Shown here: positions 28,708 to 44,756 of the stretch, one piece after another | How the letters are laid out: every line of letters begins with the position of its first letter | Numbering within the stretch: position 1 is the stretch's first letter | Translations under genes and position numbers: made by a program | Source of the DNA: Octopus sinensis | Taxonomy: Eukaryota | Assembly: GCF_006345805.1 (NCBI RefSeq) | Contig: NC_042999.1 | Span: 48,360,001-48,424,000 of the forward strand | DNA length: 64,000 bases | Direction of reading: 5' to 3' | Notes under the pieces: generated by a model | Seen by the model: the letters and a program-made list of their open reading frames with translations, nothing else | The model's database searches: none | Told to the model about the DNA's origin: nothing

Positions 28708-29852
28708 TAGTTACTAACAAAAAATATGTACGACAGTGTGAATTAATCTGAAGAACTGTGCATGTGTTCACATACGGATGTGTGTGCGTGCGCGCCTCTT
28801 TATGTGTTTTACTGTATATCTTTCTGCTTATTGTTGCATTCATTTTTTTGAATGAATGTAACGGATTATTTTCTCTCTGTAAATGCATATAAATGTGTAC
28901 GTATCATATTTCGCTAGTATTTAATAATATTTAACTTCAAAAATGTCATCACAAATTTTGTTTTTTGGATGTACTAGCATCCATATTACAAATATATACT
29001 AAATTTCACGATTAACCAAATGCTCGATTGGAAACAAACATTTTCGCCAGTATGTCAGGGAACTACTCACAGGAAGAATTTGTTCTTTGTCATTTCCTTA
29101 TATTAAATGTTTAATATCTTCTTAAATTTATTGTCACTTACATTTGTATGACACTTCCGTTTATAATTCCAATCTGACGGTATACTACAGGAAACAAGAA
29201 TGACAAATGTAGTATCTTGATTTTATTCATTAAAGTATACACGATGAATACGAACAAAACGCGTTGAGATTTTTAGCGCTGAGTGTACACACGATTTCTC
29301 TTGTAATTTTGATAGATAATTAAGTTGAATTGGAAATATGCGATGGATTTAATAGTCACCAATAAGATAATTTCGGGAGATAGTCATTGAAATGCGGCAA
29401 ACAATAAAAATATCGTTAAAGATGTGTGCTTGGCTGTAATTCTAATGAGGGAGTATATCTGTATGGCATGAAGTGGAGAGCGGGAGATGATATCTCTACA
29501 TCAGGAAATGTCAATCAAGATCGTACGTACGAATTCTCTCGCACTTCTGAAGAAATATCAACAGCTTTCTACATTGAAAATTCATCTCACTTCTCTCCTC
29601 TAGTCAATCAAAATCCGGCCGAAGTCGGCTTTGATTAAAATTATTTCGGCTTGATTATTTTATGTAAGTTTAACAAATAAGGTATATATCAATTGGGAAG
29701 GTAAAATCTACCTGATATTCCCTTTCTCCTCTTAGTATATTTAACAGTTTCTGCTCTATCACTTAAAAATTCGGTGTATATCATCGTCAAAATTGTTAGA
29801 ATCTACCGAAGTTATAGAAAGATATCCGGGATTCGAATTATGCCGAGACATC

Positions 29853-29888
<36 letters not shown>

Positions 29889-30023
29889 GTGAATTGAAGA
29901 AATGGAGCTGAACGCAGATTGAACAGAAATCGTTTTATTGTTTACTGCTGTGATTTTTGCTACTAAGGTATCGGTTAAACTTTTGATTAATCTACTACAA
30001 AATTATTCATCTTTCTATTTCAC

Positions 30024-30064
<41 letters not shown>

Positions 30065-30436
30065 GGACGATACAACCTGGAGTCAATGAATCAATAGACT
30101 CTCTTTATTACCTTTTAAACGCATCTAAAACAAAAGACATATCCACCACGGCCTTAGAATATCACAATCACAAATACACACGTATTAAAAGTGATACACG
30201 CTAGAGATTTCGAAGAATTCATTAAAAAACAGTCCCAATCAATGCTATAATCGACTTCACTATTTAACACCTTACTACTTTCATACTAACTACATTCACT
30301 CTTATTCTCCCTTCTATTTCTTATTCCTCTTTGTCTCCTTCATACTCCTTCCTACGTTTACCATTATTGCTGTTTAGAATAACACCTACGCAAATTTAAA
30401 AAAAACATTCAAAATATGTGTCAGAAGATTTAGGTG

Positions 30437-30509
<73 letters not shown>

Positions 30510-30825
30510 CAGACAGATAAATGATAGATAGATAGATAGATAGAAAGATAGATAGATAGATAAATATAGATACATTTACAAACATATACTTATATACGGA
30601 TACTTACACTCATACATATATAATTATTCATGTGCTTAATCATAGTGAGACACAGACATAGATATACCCATACACACAGCAATATACACATACACACATA
30701 TATATGTATATACATATATACACATCGATATACAACGTATGCACACATTCATAAACATACATACACACACACACATGCACATACACACATACACACACAC
30801 ACACACACACACCACACACACACAC

Positions 30826-30874
<49 letters not shown>

Positions 30875-32236
30875 CATTATAAAGGCAACATGCATAATTA
30901 CAAATATAATCATACAAATTATACGTATTCAGATATAGACATCCATGATCAGGGTGTTAAGATCGTTCGGATGAACTATCAGAAAAGTATATATTCGCAC
31001 ACCTTGAGGATTGAATCTGATCCTATACTTAGATTTATAGGTGTTTCATATTCTAAATGTGGATATTATATCTATAGGTATTTCATGTTTATATTTGTAA
31101 ACATAATATACATATTTGATGAAAACGACTAAAGTCTAAACTTTCAAAAAAGTTATTTTAGTCATTTTGTTAGTTGTATATCAATTAGATAATTTTGACT
31201 GTTGGTGTTTTATAGATATATGATATATAGTTCTATTTTGCTATTAATATATAGTTTGAAATGGTTATGTTAAAAAAAACTGCATTGGACGTTTTTAAGT
31301 GACATTAAAGCATATCAATGAAACGCTTTAGTTTAATAAAGAGGTATCGCCCCATGTGTCTACATGAAAATACTTTTTCCTGCCTCGTACTAACTAGGTT
31401 CCCTTTTCTTTTCAATATTTTGTAGTTTTCCTGCAGGCATAATTTACACAATTAATTTTTAATTTTGTAAGAATGTACATGTGCTAATTTTTTCGATTTG
31501 ATTGTGAAATTAACTCTTCTTTTTTATTTTTTATTTTTTAGGTACCTTATTTTCTTTGAAAGTTCTATACTGTTCATTTTGTAGTGTGTCTGTATGTGTG
31601 TGTGTTTGTGTGTGCCTAGGCAAAATATATATAGGCCCAGGGCTGAAAATCTGGTATGCATTTTTCGGCCCTATCACATGTTCCTTGCTCAGTCCAAAAG
31701 CTTGACATTTCGGGTAGATGACTTTTAATATAGCCTTGGTCGGACTAATGATTTATGAGGAGATTTTTTACACAAAGACTGAAAGAAACTGTTTTTAAAC
31801 ACACAGACTCACACACAGCACACACACACATATATATATACATATACATGGGGGGGTGTATACGCACAAACATACAAGATTATATCCACTGTATGATTAT
31901 ATAAAGGGCTGATTTCAGAATATATGACAAGGTATTTTATTGCTTTCCATCAAAAACATGTTTCAGTTAACCATCTATATTACAAACCTGTTCATGAGCC
32001 AATTACATTCTTTCAGTTTAGAAATCGGTAACATTCTTCATGGAATGCATTAAGTTGAAGTGACAAGAGGTAAATTTATAACGCAAACATAAGGGTTCCT
32101 GTCAACGCTCGTGTTAATAATCATACATGCATACGCATATCATATACGTAAATAGACATGCAAGTATATATCTATATTTTTTACGCATATATATATATAT
32201 ATATATATATGAATGTGTACAGTTTTATGAATGTGC

Positions 32237-32282
<46 letters not shown>

Positions 32283-33139
32283 ATATATAGATGTATGTAT
32301 GTAGGTATGTATGCATTGATATACATAATGTTTTATTTGCAAATATATCATAATCATTTTTCATTTTTATTTATATGGCACTGGCTTCGGCTAAATTTCA
32401 TTTGTTGCTCATGATGAATATGCTTGTTACTCAAGCTTCAAATTTGAGCTAGTAACAAAATTATATTCCTTCTCACCGGATTACCGAACGGGTGATTTTT
32501 TCATTCATTTCCACTGATGTTTATTGGCAGTTGAACATACACACATAAACACACATTTACAAATACACCCATACATATGTATATTGTAAGTCGATGTTAT
32601 GTAATATATATATATATATACATACTTACACACGCACATATTTTATCGACAACACATAATCCCGTAGGATGTATACTTGTTCGCCGGTAGGCTGTCATTT
32701 AAAAATTTGAGTATCACTCACTCAAATAATCGCTCGTAAAACAACCGAATACCTTAGAATTCATAAAAATGTACAATCTACCCCAAACCCAATTCAGAAG
32801 TTTTGTACATAGGTATTTCTCCATTTTTGTGGATTATCAATATCACGAAGCGAGACCGAATCGTGCCGAACTTATTCACCAGTCTATGACTACAAATAGT
32901 GTTAAAGTAATTTGCTAGTATACCACGACGACATATACGTTGAAATTAATTAAAGTATGAATCGGAAGCAATGCTAATGTAGTAAACGTCATTTACTCTA
33001 TGTACTCGTGTCCATCAATGTCCATCGCTGTTGAATGGGATTCGAAGTGTGTTGAATCGCTTATGTATCAGGTTTCACTCGGCGGTTTGAGTAATCCTCA
33101 CCGAGCAAAACAACAGACGAAAGGAATGGGAAGTTATAC

Positions 33140-33830
33140 ATGAACTGAAAAATAACTACATTATAATTAAGGAAGTAGATAAGGAAAGAGCTACAGTTAT
33201 TTTGAATACAAAAGAGACATACTACCTTTATTACAAGGTACGTTTACCTATGTAAAGCTAAGCAGTTACCAAATGTAAAAGACAGTGACGAAACTGAACA
33301 CACACGTCCATAGACATCATAAAGTTTGGATTACTAAAGAATGTAACTACCTAATCCATTTTTATTGCAGGAGTAGCTACCTCTACGTTTTCCCGAGAAT
33401 TCCAAAGAATCAAATTATTACGAATGCATGTAAAGAACCAACTTCATGTTGCATAAACATAATATATCCCACCGACCTTAAATGTCGGTCAATTGTAGCA
33501 GGCTCGAACTCTGCATCTTTTTAGATATATTACAGAAACCTATTTTAAAATACCAAGTCTTGTTAAAACCACCTCCCAAAAATCCATAAACTAATATAGA
33601 ACTATTGTATTTTTTAATGTGGTAAACAACTATACCTCAATCTCACGCCCATATGGACTATAGGCAATACATTTCTGACTTCAGAAATTCCCTGATGTAA
33701 TTCCAGACAGAATTGAAAAAGTTTCAACACTGAAGGATTAAAATTCATGCCAGTAAACACCTTCTTCTTGACATCCATGGCAATATCTACAAAGAAATAT
33801 CTGGAACTACGATGGGAACAGACGTTGCTG
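33140..33830 (+). pseudogene. Penelope-like reverse transcriptase remnant
   Basis: IIIKEVDKERATVILNT (cf. IKPADKGGAVVI), SYLYVFPRIPK...PTDLKCRSIVAG (cf. FYGLPKIHK...RPIVA), LDILQKPILK, and FNVVNNYTSISRPYGL*AI (cf. FDVxxLYTxIP). Confidence 0.82.
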
Positions 33831-35889
33831 TGACTCACGCCAATTATATTTAGTTACATCACAATGATACATTGCATTTAACATTATGTGTGTTATGCTA
33901 ATGAATATTTTTGACTTCTATTATGTTTTCGTTTATTACATTTAACTGTATCTAAAGTACTGAAGTGGCAGTATTTAAGTTTGCAAACGTAGGCTTAACT
34001 CCGACACGTCGCGAATGTCTGACCGGAGATGAAGTTTTAAGAAATTGCATGGATTGTTTAGTTTGATGGTTCTAATATGATAAACAACTTACAAAATAAA
34101 ACAATAAATATGATGTGATATTAAAACTGTTCTAAACTAAATTTTGGTATAAGCTTCAAAATGGTCGATAATGTATTTGAAATACTATGACACGGCAATA
34201 TAGTCTGGCCTAATGAGACTGCAGGAAATGATGGAATTTTCTTTATGGATAAAAGAACATGAAGTTGCAGAAAATATTAAATCTTAAAATAAAATATCAA
34301 AACAGGCGGCAATTTTACAACATCATTAGGAGTCGAAGATTATAATTCCTCATGATATTTATTCCAGATAACTGCTTCCTAATTCGAAATAATGTGAACG
34401 CCAGTTTTATATTCCATTAATTCGAATCGCTAAATTAGCTCCAATCCCGGATGGTAGAAAGGCGATATTTTTCTTAAAGGTGGAAAGAGGATTTTCCATA
34501 TGTATTCTGCATTTTGTATTCAGGCAGCAACACGTTCAACTACAATGGTATCGGCATATTCAAAAGAATTTTCGCACAAAACTTGCTTTGTTGCATTTAG
34601 AATAGATTTGCATGAACAACTGGCAGCTATGCTGAAAAAAAATCACACCCAATTTTCATATGTATTGGTGATGAATGAAAACGGTTCGTCAACGGTGGTT
34701 CACAATATAAAATGAACTATGATGATATAAAGAGGAAAATTAAAAAGGAAATGATATAATTAATGGCGTTAGGCAGAATATCTTAGTAAATGCAATTGTG
34801 GTTATGAGATGTTCTTATAATATGTTGATTACTTGGTTCTGAGAGTATGTTGTAATTCATATACGATATATAAACTTCAAGGCGTTATATTCAAAGTATA
34901 TATTTTTTTTTACATCTGACATATTGGCGAAGAGGATTAGATTCGATTTCTCGCTAGATGTATTACATCGTATTGTTGCTCTATCTATGTTCTTACACTG
35001 TCAGTTGTATTTTACGTTAGTATAATATATTCTAGCATATGTTAGCACAATATATACATAAAAGTTGACGATAGCTGGAATTATAATAGTTTTCAGTAAT
35101 TCTCATATCCATTTGTTGCAGACGACCGGATCATGATATTCCTCAGGTATACGATATAATTTGGGCGGGGTTAGGACTCTTATGATCAGAACAATCTCTT
35201 AAGGAGATAAGATCATGACAAAAGAAAAACGAAAAACATCATCACTTTACATAGATTTCACTAATAAAGCATCAAGGTATATTCCATGCAATGTACAATT
35301 ATATCAAGAGTTTCACGAAAATTTCTGAGGATGCAACCACATTAGAATTTCGGATTGTAAGTGATGAACGCATTGAAGGTACCATCAGAAGATTATGGTC
35401 ATTGTTTCTATGCAACTGAATTCAATGGCGTTGATTTTATCTTCGACAGAGTACCACATTGAAAAGTGATATCATTGCGAACTACAAAGATAGCACTATC
35501 AAAACAATAACAGCAACACACAATTCCAATCACACTTTAGAAAATAACAGTTTCAAATAAAATACGTATGTTTATATTTCATATAACACTGTATTGTCAT
35601 TTAAAAGTCTTGACTTACATAAGTTAATTAACACAGTTTTAAAACATATTATCCAACTGAAGCACGTATCTGTAAGGGAGTGCATTTATTAAACATCGAA
35701 CAGGATGAAATTTAAGTTGGAAACGGCAAGATTTCTTAAAAGAAAAGAAACCTGTTAAGACAAAACAAGTAATATTTTATTAAATTGAATATGTCTTCAT
35801 TAAGCCTGTGAGAGATCTAAAGCAAACTGTTATTTAAACATATGACTCCAAACAATATATATGTGTGTATATATGTATGTGTAAGTATG

Positions 35890-35935
<46 letters not shown>

Positions 35936-38107
35936 ATATATACATACATATAAAGAGAGAAATTGGGGTGAGAGATAAATACCCAGACAGACAGACAGAC
36001 AGATATTCCAGGATCTGCTAATTTTATCTGTATATATATATTTGGGGGGTGGGTGGCATGGAGAGTTTTACACATATTACTTATATATGCATAAAATATT
36101 AGTGATAGATTGTCCGAAATATTGTTTAATATTAATATGTGTTGTATGAATGGATAAAGATTTCCGAGAACTTCAATATACATTTTGCGAATTTCATTTT
36201 CTGTCATGATGTTTTTCATAAAGTATATTAAAGAAATAGAAATCTCTTCATCATCCTTGTTTGCGGTGACATTTGCTTGAAAGAAATATAATTTCTCTTG
36301 TCATAGAATTATTGGAAATTCTTCAATGTGAACTTCCATAGGGAAAAGCAAGCGTTTCATGAATATTACTTAATAAAAAAGAGTTAGATACGTGTGGATA
36401 GCAACTATTTTTTTTTTATTCGTTAGAAATTACCTCATTCAACAGATTTCCGACAAAGCAGATATAATGAAAATTCCAATTTCTATGTTATGAAATGTCG
36501 TATGATTTTCATAATTTGCAATGATTTACTTTGGAAGAATGACAGGAGGCAAAGATATGTTTCAAATATTAATTGCTGTTGTTATCCTTGAGCCACAGGG
36601 TCATTAGGTTTAAAGCCACTATCTGTCCCTTCGATACTTTAGTGGAATTCTCTCTGTGCCTGCAAATTAGAACAGATCTCCGTTTAAAGATACCCTCCTC
36701 CTCCCCTTTCTTTAATCGCGTAAAACTTACAAATGGTCATGGGGGTGCATTTCCTATTTACTCGGTTATCAAATACTTAATTGTGATCAAAGGTAACTGT
36801 GCTTAATCTCATAACAGTATTCCAGCAACACGGTGTATAAGGATAACACTTTCTATCGATTGATCTGACAGAGATTTAGTTACAATTTCTGACATTTTAG
36901 GAGATACTTATATACTTACCCTATGCTATAATATGTTTATTTCTAATTCTGGCACATAAGTACTAGTGCCCAGTGCTAAACTGGTACTATTTCATCGATC
37001 TCGAAAGGATGAAATTAGAAGTCAACCTAGGTAGAATTCGAACTCACGACGTAGAGATGGACCAAATATTCAGGCTATCAAATATTAACGATATATTTCC
37101 GTACTAAATATCCTTAGCCGTCACATGCCAGTGAGTGTGACATGATACCTTCTTCCAAGCACTCACCATTTGCTTTAGAAAATCACGAAGGGATTATTGT
37201 GTGCAGAAGAAAGGAAGATTAGATAGTACAATGCTGTTTTTCGCGAGCATCAACATTGGAATAGCAGTATCCAGATCGAATTTTTGTTTTCCTAGCAACG
37301 AGATACATTCCAACGAATGAATCATAGACATGTCGTGCTTGAATTCTGGAGAACGATTGAAAGATATAGTATATATCGAAAACGTCTTTACGGAATTACT
37401 TGAGAGCGTTGCCCAGTATTTAATATATAATGTATGTAGAAGCTCACGCAGAAAAACGTGAAATAATTCATCAGAGAACGATATATATTTTATAGCTCGC
37501 CTTGTATGTGTACTGAACTACATAATATCGTAATTGGATCAAAGTTCAATTTTTCTCTAGTATGTGTGAGGAACATTAACTCAGATATCCTTACAGGAAA
37601 GATTCACTGAATTCTACTCAGCTGAATATCTGAAATAATTAGCACTTTTATTTATTTTCTCAGTTCCCATGTTCTCATTATTTTACGGTCTTTCTCATAT
37701 TCTTCCTCACTTCATACACTTATAATCAATTCCAATGATAAAGTAAACGAACTGAAACTTTCATTATAGTATTCCTTGTATCAAATTTTAACGCACTTTG
37801 CTTCCACATACTCAGAAATGGAGGCACACTCACAAACAGATAAACATATAATTACACCCACGCAGTCATATATATATGTGAGTGTGTGTGTGTGCGCGCG
37901 CGTGTGTGTATACATAAACAGTACTTCTTTATTTATATAGTATTCTGAATTTCTGTGATAATGTATAGATTGGCCAAAAGATGACCACCTGCATTATACT
38001 GTTATTTCCTTTCTCAAATATTTGATGAAACATTTGAAAGAATAAGAAGTACTTCACCAAAGCCGTAGAACTTGAAGGTAACGCAATTTACTGTCTCTTT
38101 CTCTTTT

Positions 38108-38241
38108 CTCTTTTACTTTTTTCAATCATTTGACTGTTGCCATGCTGGAGCACCGCCTTTAGTCGAGCGAGCAAATCTACCAAAGAACTTATTCTTTGTA
38201 AGCCTAGTACTTATTCTATCGGTCTCACATACACACACATG

Positions 38242-38281
<40 letters not shown>

Positions 38282-38447
38282 TACGACATGCTTCTTTCAG
38301 TTACCGTCTATCAAATCCACTCACGAGGAGTTGGTCGGCCCGAGGCTATAGTTGAAGACACTTGCCCAAGATGTCACGCAGTGGGAGTGAACCGGAACCA
38401 TGTGGTTCGTAAGAAAGCTACTTACCACACAGCAACTCCAAAGCCTA
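38108..38447 (-). mobile_element. SINE family 2, internally deleted
   Basis: Colinear with 17010-17492. Further fragments at 39200-39352, 48420-48470 and a degraded one at 31620-31790. Confidence 0.87.
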
Positions 38448-39508
38448 TTCTGAAAGATTTATTTGAACTACCACAAAGTTAATATCAATGGAAAATGTAA
38501 TGCATCAAATCAGTATTGCTTGCTAAAATATTAGACAGCGATGAGTATCAAAGCGGCCAGTATAATGTTCTTTAGATAACCCCACAATCAACTGTACTGA
38601 AATCTCATATAATAAAAGAAATTATAAACTCTGTTCGATATAATATATCTTTTATTCTTAGAACTCTCAATGGGTAATTAAGAAGAAATATACGAGGTAA
38701 AACAATTAAAGTAAAAATGAAGGCATGCTGTTGTGTTTTAACATGTGAGTATCCCTGATGAAGCCGACTTATGCTTAAGTATTTTCTAGTCAATAACAAA
38801 TCCATATCCGGTTGTGCTTTTCAAAGATTTCAAAGTCTAGAGATGTGGTTTCATCTAATTTGGTTGCAATGTCTAACCGGTTGCGCATCCACGAAGAAAA
38901 GTGACTTGTTTGTAAGACTGTTGATTAATCGAATTTCATTACTAAACAAGTTTATAATTTAGGAACATGGCCAACATTTTTGACGGTAATATTGTCTGCA
39001 ATATCGAAATCAGCACTTAGCTAGTAATTCAATTTATCTATCCTCGATAGAGTACATTCAAGGAATTTTACCTTAGAGTCTAAAGAACCGTAACTAAATA
39101 CTTCAAGGTGTTAGAGTTGTTTATCTATCGACACTAAAAATACCACCCGCTTTAATTTAAATATTATAAGAAATCGATACACGTTACTCTATACACTTTT
39201 AATTGTTTCAGTCGTTTAACTGCGGCAAGGTGGAGCACTGCCTTTAGTCAAGCAAATCGACCCTATACATTGGAAGCTTCGCACTTATTTTATCGGTCTC
39301 GAAATTACGGGTACGTAAGCACACCACCATCAGTTGTCAAGCGATGTAAGGGGAAAAAATACCAATACCAAAGCGAAAGTTACGTAATATAAATATTGAA
39401 GGAATGCAGAAAAAATGGTAGGGGTTTATAGAGAACAATACTACTTATATTTCTAGACAGTGTAGTGTATATATATATATATTATATATATATAATATAT
39501 ATATATAT

Positions 39509-39548
<40 letters not shown>

Positions 39549-39588
39549 TATATATAATATATATATATAATATATATATATATATATC

Positions 39589-39691
<103 letters not shown>

Positions 39692-39900
39692 GAGATCTCT
39701 CCACTGTTTTCTTCTATGAGATTACTTTATCAGTAAGAAGTGTATTTTCATCGATTCCTCTGCTGCTATTTGCGATACCCGTCTTTTTATAGCTTCGCGT
39801 TCTACTTCCGAGAACCAACGATTATTATTATTATTATTATTATATTATTATATTATTATTATTATTATTATTAATTATAATAATAATAATAATAATAATG

Positions 39901-39938
<38 letters not shown>

Positions 39939-40034
39939 TAATAATAATAATAATAATAATATAATAATAATAACAATAATAATAATAATGATGATAATAA
40001 TCTCGCGGAGAAGGTTTATATCTCTTCTATTAAA

Positions 40035-41692
40035 TCTATTATTATAAAAGGCAGATTTTATCTGCTTCCCTTTGTAACTTATAGAAATCTACAATATAGG
40101 ATTTCTTCAATTACAATTTACCTAGCATTTTTAAGAGTAGAATGCATCGGGTCATGCCAGGTCCAGTTTTTTAAAATATAAACTCCAATTAAGCAAAATT
40201 TACAGAAAACTCACATTCTGGTGTGTATGTCAAATGCTTTTCTTAATGTGGTTTACACCACACGCACACGCACACACACAGTGTGCAACGAATAAAATGA
40301 AAGTAAATAGCGACAGAGTGATTTGAGGAAGACTAATCTGAAAGTATTTAAACCACTACTCAAAAAATAAAAAAAAACACAGCAAACAGAAACAAATAAA
40401 TACATAACGATTTACTCCTCACACAATTTCTTCTATTAGAGTTTACCTAAGATTTTTCAAAGTACTCCATCGGTCATGCCATAATATATTTCTTTCAATT
40501 TCACCCCCAATTAAGACAAAATTCGAGAAAACTCAATATTTTAACATTTCACTCCGAAAGCATTGATGTACATGTGTGCGTGCGTGAGTGTGTGTGTGTG
40601 TTTGATGGGTTGTGCGACACAGAAAGTGTGGTGTGTAAGTGAAGTGCTTTTGTTAGTGTGTGTAAAGAGACAGACAGAGTGAAAGACAGAAATAACTGAA
40701 CTTTTTTTATTCACTTTTTGTAGTGAGTGACTGAGAGAGAAGAGACAGAGAGAGGTTATGTATGTATATATGTATGTATGGCTTCAGTGACACACACACA
40801 CAAAAACACATACCTACGTACACCTAAAGCACGCACACACACACACACAAGCGGAGCGCGAACTTCAAAATTTTGGTAGTATTAATTTGCGAGCGTACTT
40901 CTAAGCGCGCGTAATTGAAAGTTTTCACTATGATATCATCACGTGCGAAAAAATTCGAAGGGTTTTGAACAATTGAGATACACATGTCACGCCTGTATTG
41001 AAACCATTGCTAAGCTGCCGTAATTGCTTAATTAAGACTTTCTTTAAATTAAAAGGGGCAAATATGTGACGAGGTTGAAAAAAAACACCCCAGAAAAAAA
41101 AATGTACTGCTGGTATTTATATAATTCACTACTATTTTGCTACAACGTCATGAAAATGAAAAAATTTAGGTATGTTAATCGAATTCGCCACCCCCCCCCC
41201 TTTTCCGTTCGCGTTGTGTAAAAAAATTATTATTTAAGTTTTAAAAATTATTTACTTTGTTCAAAAAATATTAATATTAATTAACTTTCAAGAATTATTT
41301 AATTTTATTCTGTAAAATAGTAATTAATTCATTTATCTGTAAATCCGCGAGTTTGTTACTCAGGCACCTAGAATGGTAACCTTCAACTAACAGTATCTCC
41401 TCCGAGACCCTGCGGCGCAAGTTGACCAAAATTGAGAGTATGGTAGAAGAAGGGTTGCTCTTCCTTCCGTAGAACAGAAAATTCAAATCTGACCATGTTA
41501 ACACCAAAAATTATTTACATCAAAAAGATGCTTTTTTCTATGAAAATCCCTATTTTTTACGATTTTTTCACTGCTGTGTCGCCACTTTTCGGTGTATTTC
41601 GACCAGAAAAATGTTCACAAAATTTTTACTTTTCAAAATTACAATTCCAGCGGGTCGAAACAAACCCGAGCAACGCCGGGCGATACTGCTAG
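40035..41692 (+). mobile_element. Non-autonomous Helitron-like element with both termini
   Basis: Preceded by a, starts TCtattattataaaaggcag, ends cccgagcaacgccggg (hairpin) cgatactgCTAG, followed by t. No TSD; insertion between A and T. Confidence 0.8.
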
Positions 41693-42293
41693 TCGGGTTA
41701 TAATTGTATCTATATTAGGATATTAGGAAGAGTGGAAGATGAGATTCTGATTGTCTTACGAGAGAAGAGTTCATTATTCTTATGTAAAGCTGGGAATTTT
41801 CTTTCTAAATTCGTCATGAAATTATATATATATATTAGTACAGATTACACAATTAAAATATATATAGATATGAGTACGTTCTACTATTCTCTGAACGTGC
41901 AATCACACTGACATGGACACAGGTGCGCGCACACACACATACACATGCATATGCATACGTACACACACACAAATTCACTCATGCCAGAGACTAATCACGG
42001 TTTTATTGCAAGTTTTATTGCAAGTTATTTATCCTATAACAATGGAGAGCGATTTGCAACTGGCATTGGGTCGGAATAGAGGTATACAACAACATTCCCA
42101 ACAAGATATAAAATAGAGAAGAATTTCAAGGTGTGAAGCGATAAAATGGAGGAATATATATTCTAAAGAGAATACTAAAAAAAAATATGGCCGGTTTCTA
42201 GAAAGGGGAAGTGTGCTGCAATAACATATGTAGGTTTTAGTATCGAATACCAAGAACGCCAGGAATTATATCCCTTTAAATCAACAGATTAAG

Positions 42294-42360
<67 letters not shown>

Positions 42361-42363
42361 TAG

Positions 42364-42402
<39 letters not shown>

Positions 42403-42470
42403 AGGGGGATAGATAGATACATAAATATATACATATATATGCATATGTTTATATAGGTGTATATTATATG

Positions 42471-42539
<69 letters not shown>

Positions 42540-43565
42540 GTATACACACTCTTACAAGCATACGCATATGTATATCCATACATATATGAAGACAGAGCCA
42601 GAAAGAAGTTAAGTAGTTAGGAATAAATATGTACATGTACACATGCATATAGAGACAGACAGACAGACAGACAGATAGATAGATTGATAGATAGATAAAT
42701 AGAGAGATATATAGATAGATAGATATATTAGATGTGTATGTTATGAGAAAGGTCACTTAATAATTGAACGATGTAGTACTTTTTCATTTAAACTATTGAT
42801 GCAAATGTCCTTAATTATCTTGATACAATGTGTAGACTTCAATGGCTTTGCATCTCAGCCGATTATTGAGGGAATGAATAGAAAAAGATTCCTTTTCATT
42901 TTCGGAATGACTAATCGTTATCTATTCGTTTTATGACACTTCGATATCTTTATTAGCACTCAGTAAAATTTCTCACTATAATGCAGTTCTAGGGTTAGCT
43001 AATACAATTGAAATATTCATCAATTTATTGTCGTGTTCCCAGAATGTTGCACTTATGATTTATGTGTGCATATTCAGTAATATCTTATTTCAAATATTAA
43101 TATGGATTTCTCCCGACGCATAGATTGTCGAAGGAACTGTCTTATAATTATACTCCTTTCATTTTCTTGTTCGAATTGTTAGATTAAATAGTTTAAGGAA
43201 TTAGAAATGCTTCATAAAAGCCATTCATCATGACGACATTCATATGAAAAAAATCTAATTTTCCTTATCAAAGGATTACTTGAAATTTTGCAATGTGAAC
43301 ATCCATTGCGAAAGACAAGTGTGTTTTCAATATCATTTGATGGACGGTTCAAACAACTAAGTATCGTGGGATTTGTATAATATAGTAATCAACACAGTTC
43401 TTAGAAAGAGAACATTTATTTTTTAATAAGATTTCGAAAACACTGCGGAATTTAAATGTGTAATTTAAAAAAAAAGAATGTGAAATGATCCGAAGTAGAG
43501 AAAAGATGCGAAGATTAGTGGCTGTAGTTACTTTAACCCCAAGCATACCATGGATGCGATTATCT

Positions 43566-43673
43566 ATAATGAATATTTAAATGAACATGATAACCTTTTG
43601 GAATAATGAATATTTAAATGAACATGATAATGTTTGGAATAATGAATATTTAAATGAACATGATAACCTTTTG
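43566..43673 (+). repeat. Three-copy ~36-bp minisatellite
   Basis: ataatgaatatttaaatgaacatgataa(ccttttgga) occurs three times. Confidence 0.92.
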
Positions 43674-44275
43674 CTCCTGTCGTAGATACATAATGTTATT
43701 ATTAAACAGGAGAATCTTGTGAAACTAATTGGTTCCTTAATATACCATAGGTATTTCTACTAATGAGAGTAATAAAATTTCATGAATCATACACAAGCGA
43801 AACCGCCCGATTGTTTTGCGTTTCGTTAAAGTTAATTAAATGAGAAAGAAATAGTTTGATTAATGATAGTATTCTCATACAACAATGTGGAATAACAAAA
43901 TAACAAAGCTGCTCATAAATCCCACAGTGTTAATAAGGTTAACGAAATCTACAGCACAAGAAATGTGGTGAATTAGCAGAATAGTTGCAGCATCGGAGAA
44001 TAAATCTTGCAATATGTAAAATATATGTTTTGAGTATCAATGCAGTCGAGGTCAGCTTCGCCATTCTTTCTTCTTCGAACAGAATACAACAGCACTCAAT
44101 TCGATTTACTTAACTTGCAGATAATTTCTCACAGTAGGCTTGCTTTCAATATACTTATAGCATTCACAATAACAGTAGGGAAATAGGCCGACATATTCGT
44201 AGAAATATTACTGTTTGGTCATATAAACTTAGCAATGTTGCATTCTTATAAAATAATAATAATAACAACAACAAC

Positions 44276-44340
<65 letters not shown>

Positions 44341-44342
<2 letters not shown>

Positions 44343-44588
44343 GTAGGTGCATTAGGCATGATAAAAAAATATTCAGACAAATACATAACAAAAACACCAG
44401 GACTTACAAACACATATAACATACAGAAAATTGCACTACTAGGCACTGCACACATCCTACGCAGAACATTTTCCATACAATAACCATCAGAGCATCACAA
44501 CAAATCACAGCACATACCCCAGGCACACAGAGCTGCGCTCGGTAGTGAAGTGAAAGCACGCATAAAAATAAAAAAACTCTGAATAATT
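44341..44588 (+). mobile_element. 5'-truncated R4/Dong-type non-LTR retrotransposon (ORF C-terminus and 3' UTR) in (AAT)n
   Basis: IVGALGMIKK...PGLTNTYNIQKIALLGTAHILRRTFS*, the typical R4-clade C-terminus, flanked by (AAT)n on both sides. Confidence 0.85.
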
Positions 44589-44653
<65 letters not shown>

Positions 44654-44687
44654 AAGAAGAAGAAGAAGAAGAAGACGAAGAAGAAGA

Positions 44688-44736
<49 letters not shown>

Positions 44737-44756
44737 GATGATGATGATGATGATGG

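Noticed and set aside
29426-29638. 70-aa ORF of normal-looking composition (similarly 34500-34715)
   Set aside because: Short, no recognisable motif and no supporting exon chain; within random expectation.
35830-36362. Long minus-strand frame (MKRLLFPME...*QEKL...MKNIMTENEIRK...) with a single TGA
   Set aside because: No recognisable domain, AT-biased composition, and it runs into microsatellite. No basis for invoking selenocysteine or read-through.
43566-43673. Regularly spaced ~36-bp repeats resembling a CRISPR array
   Set aside because: Head-to-tail with no unique spacers and no cas genes, in a eukaryotic context; it is a minisatellite.
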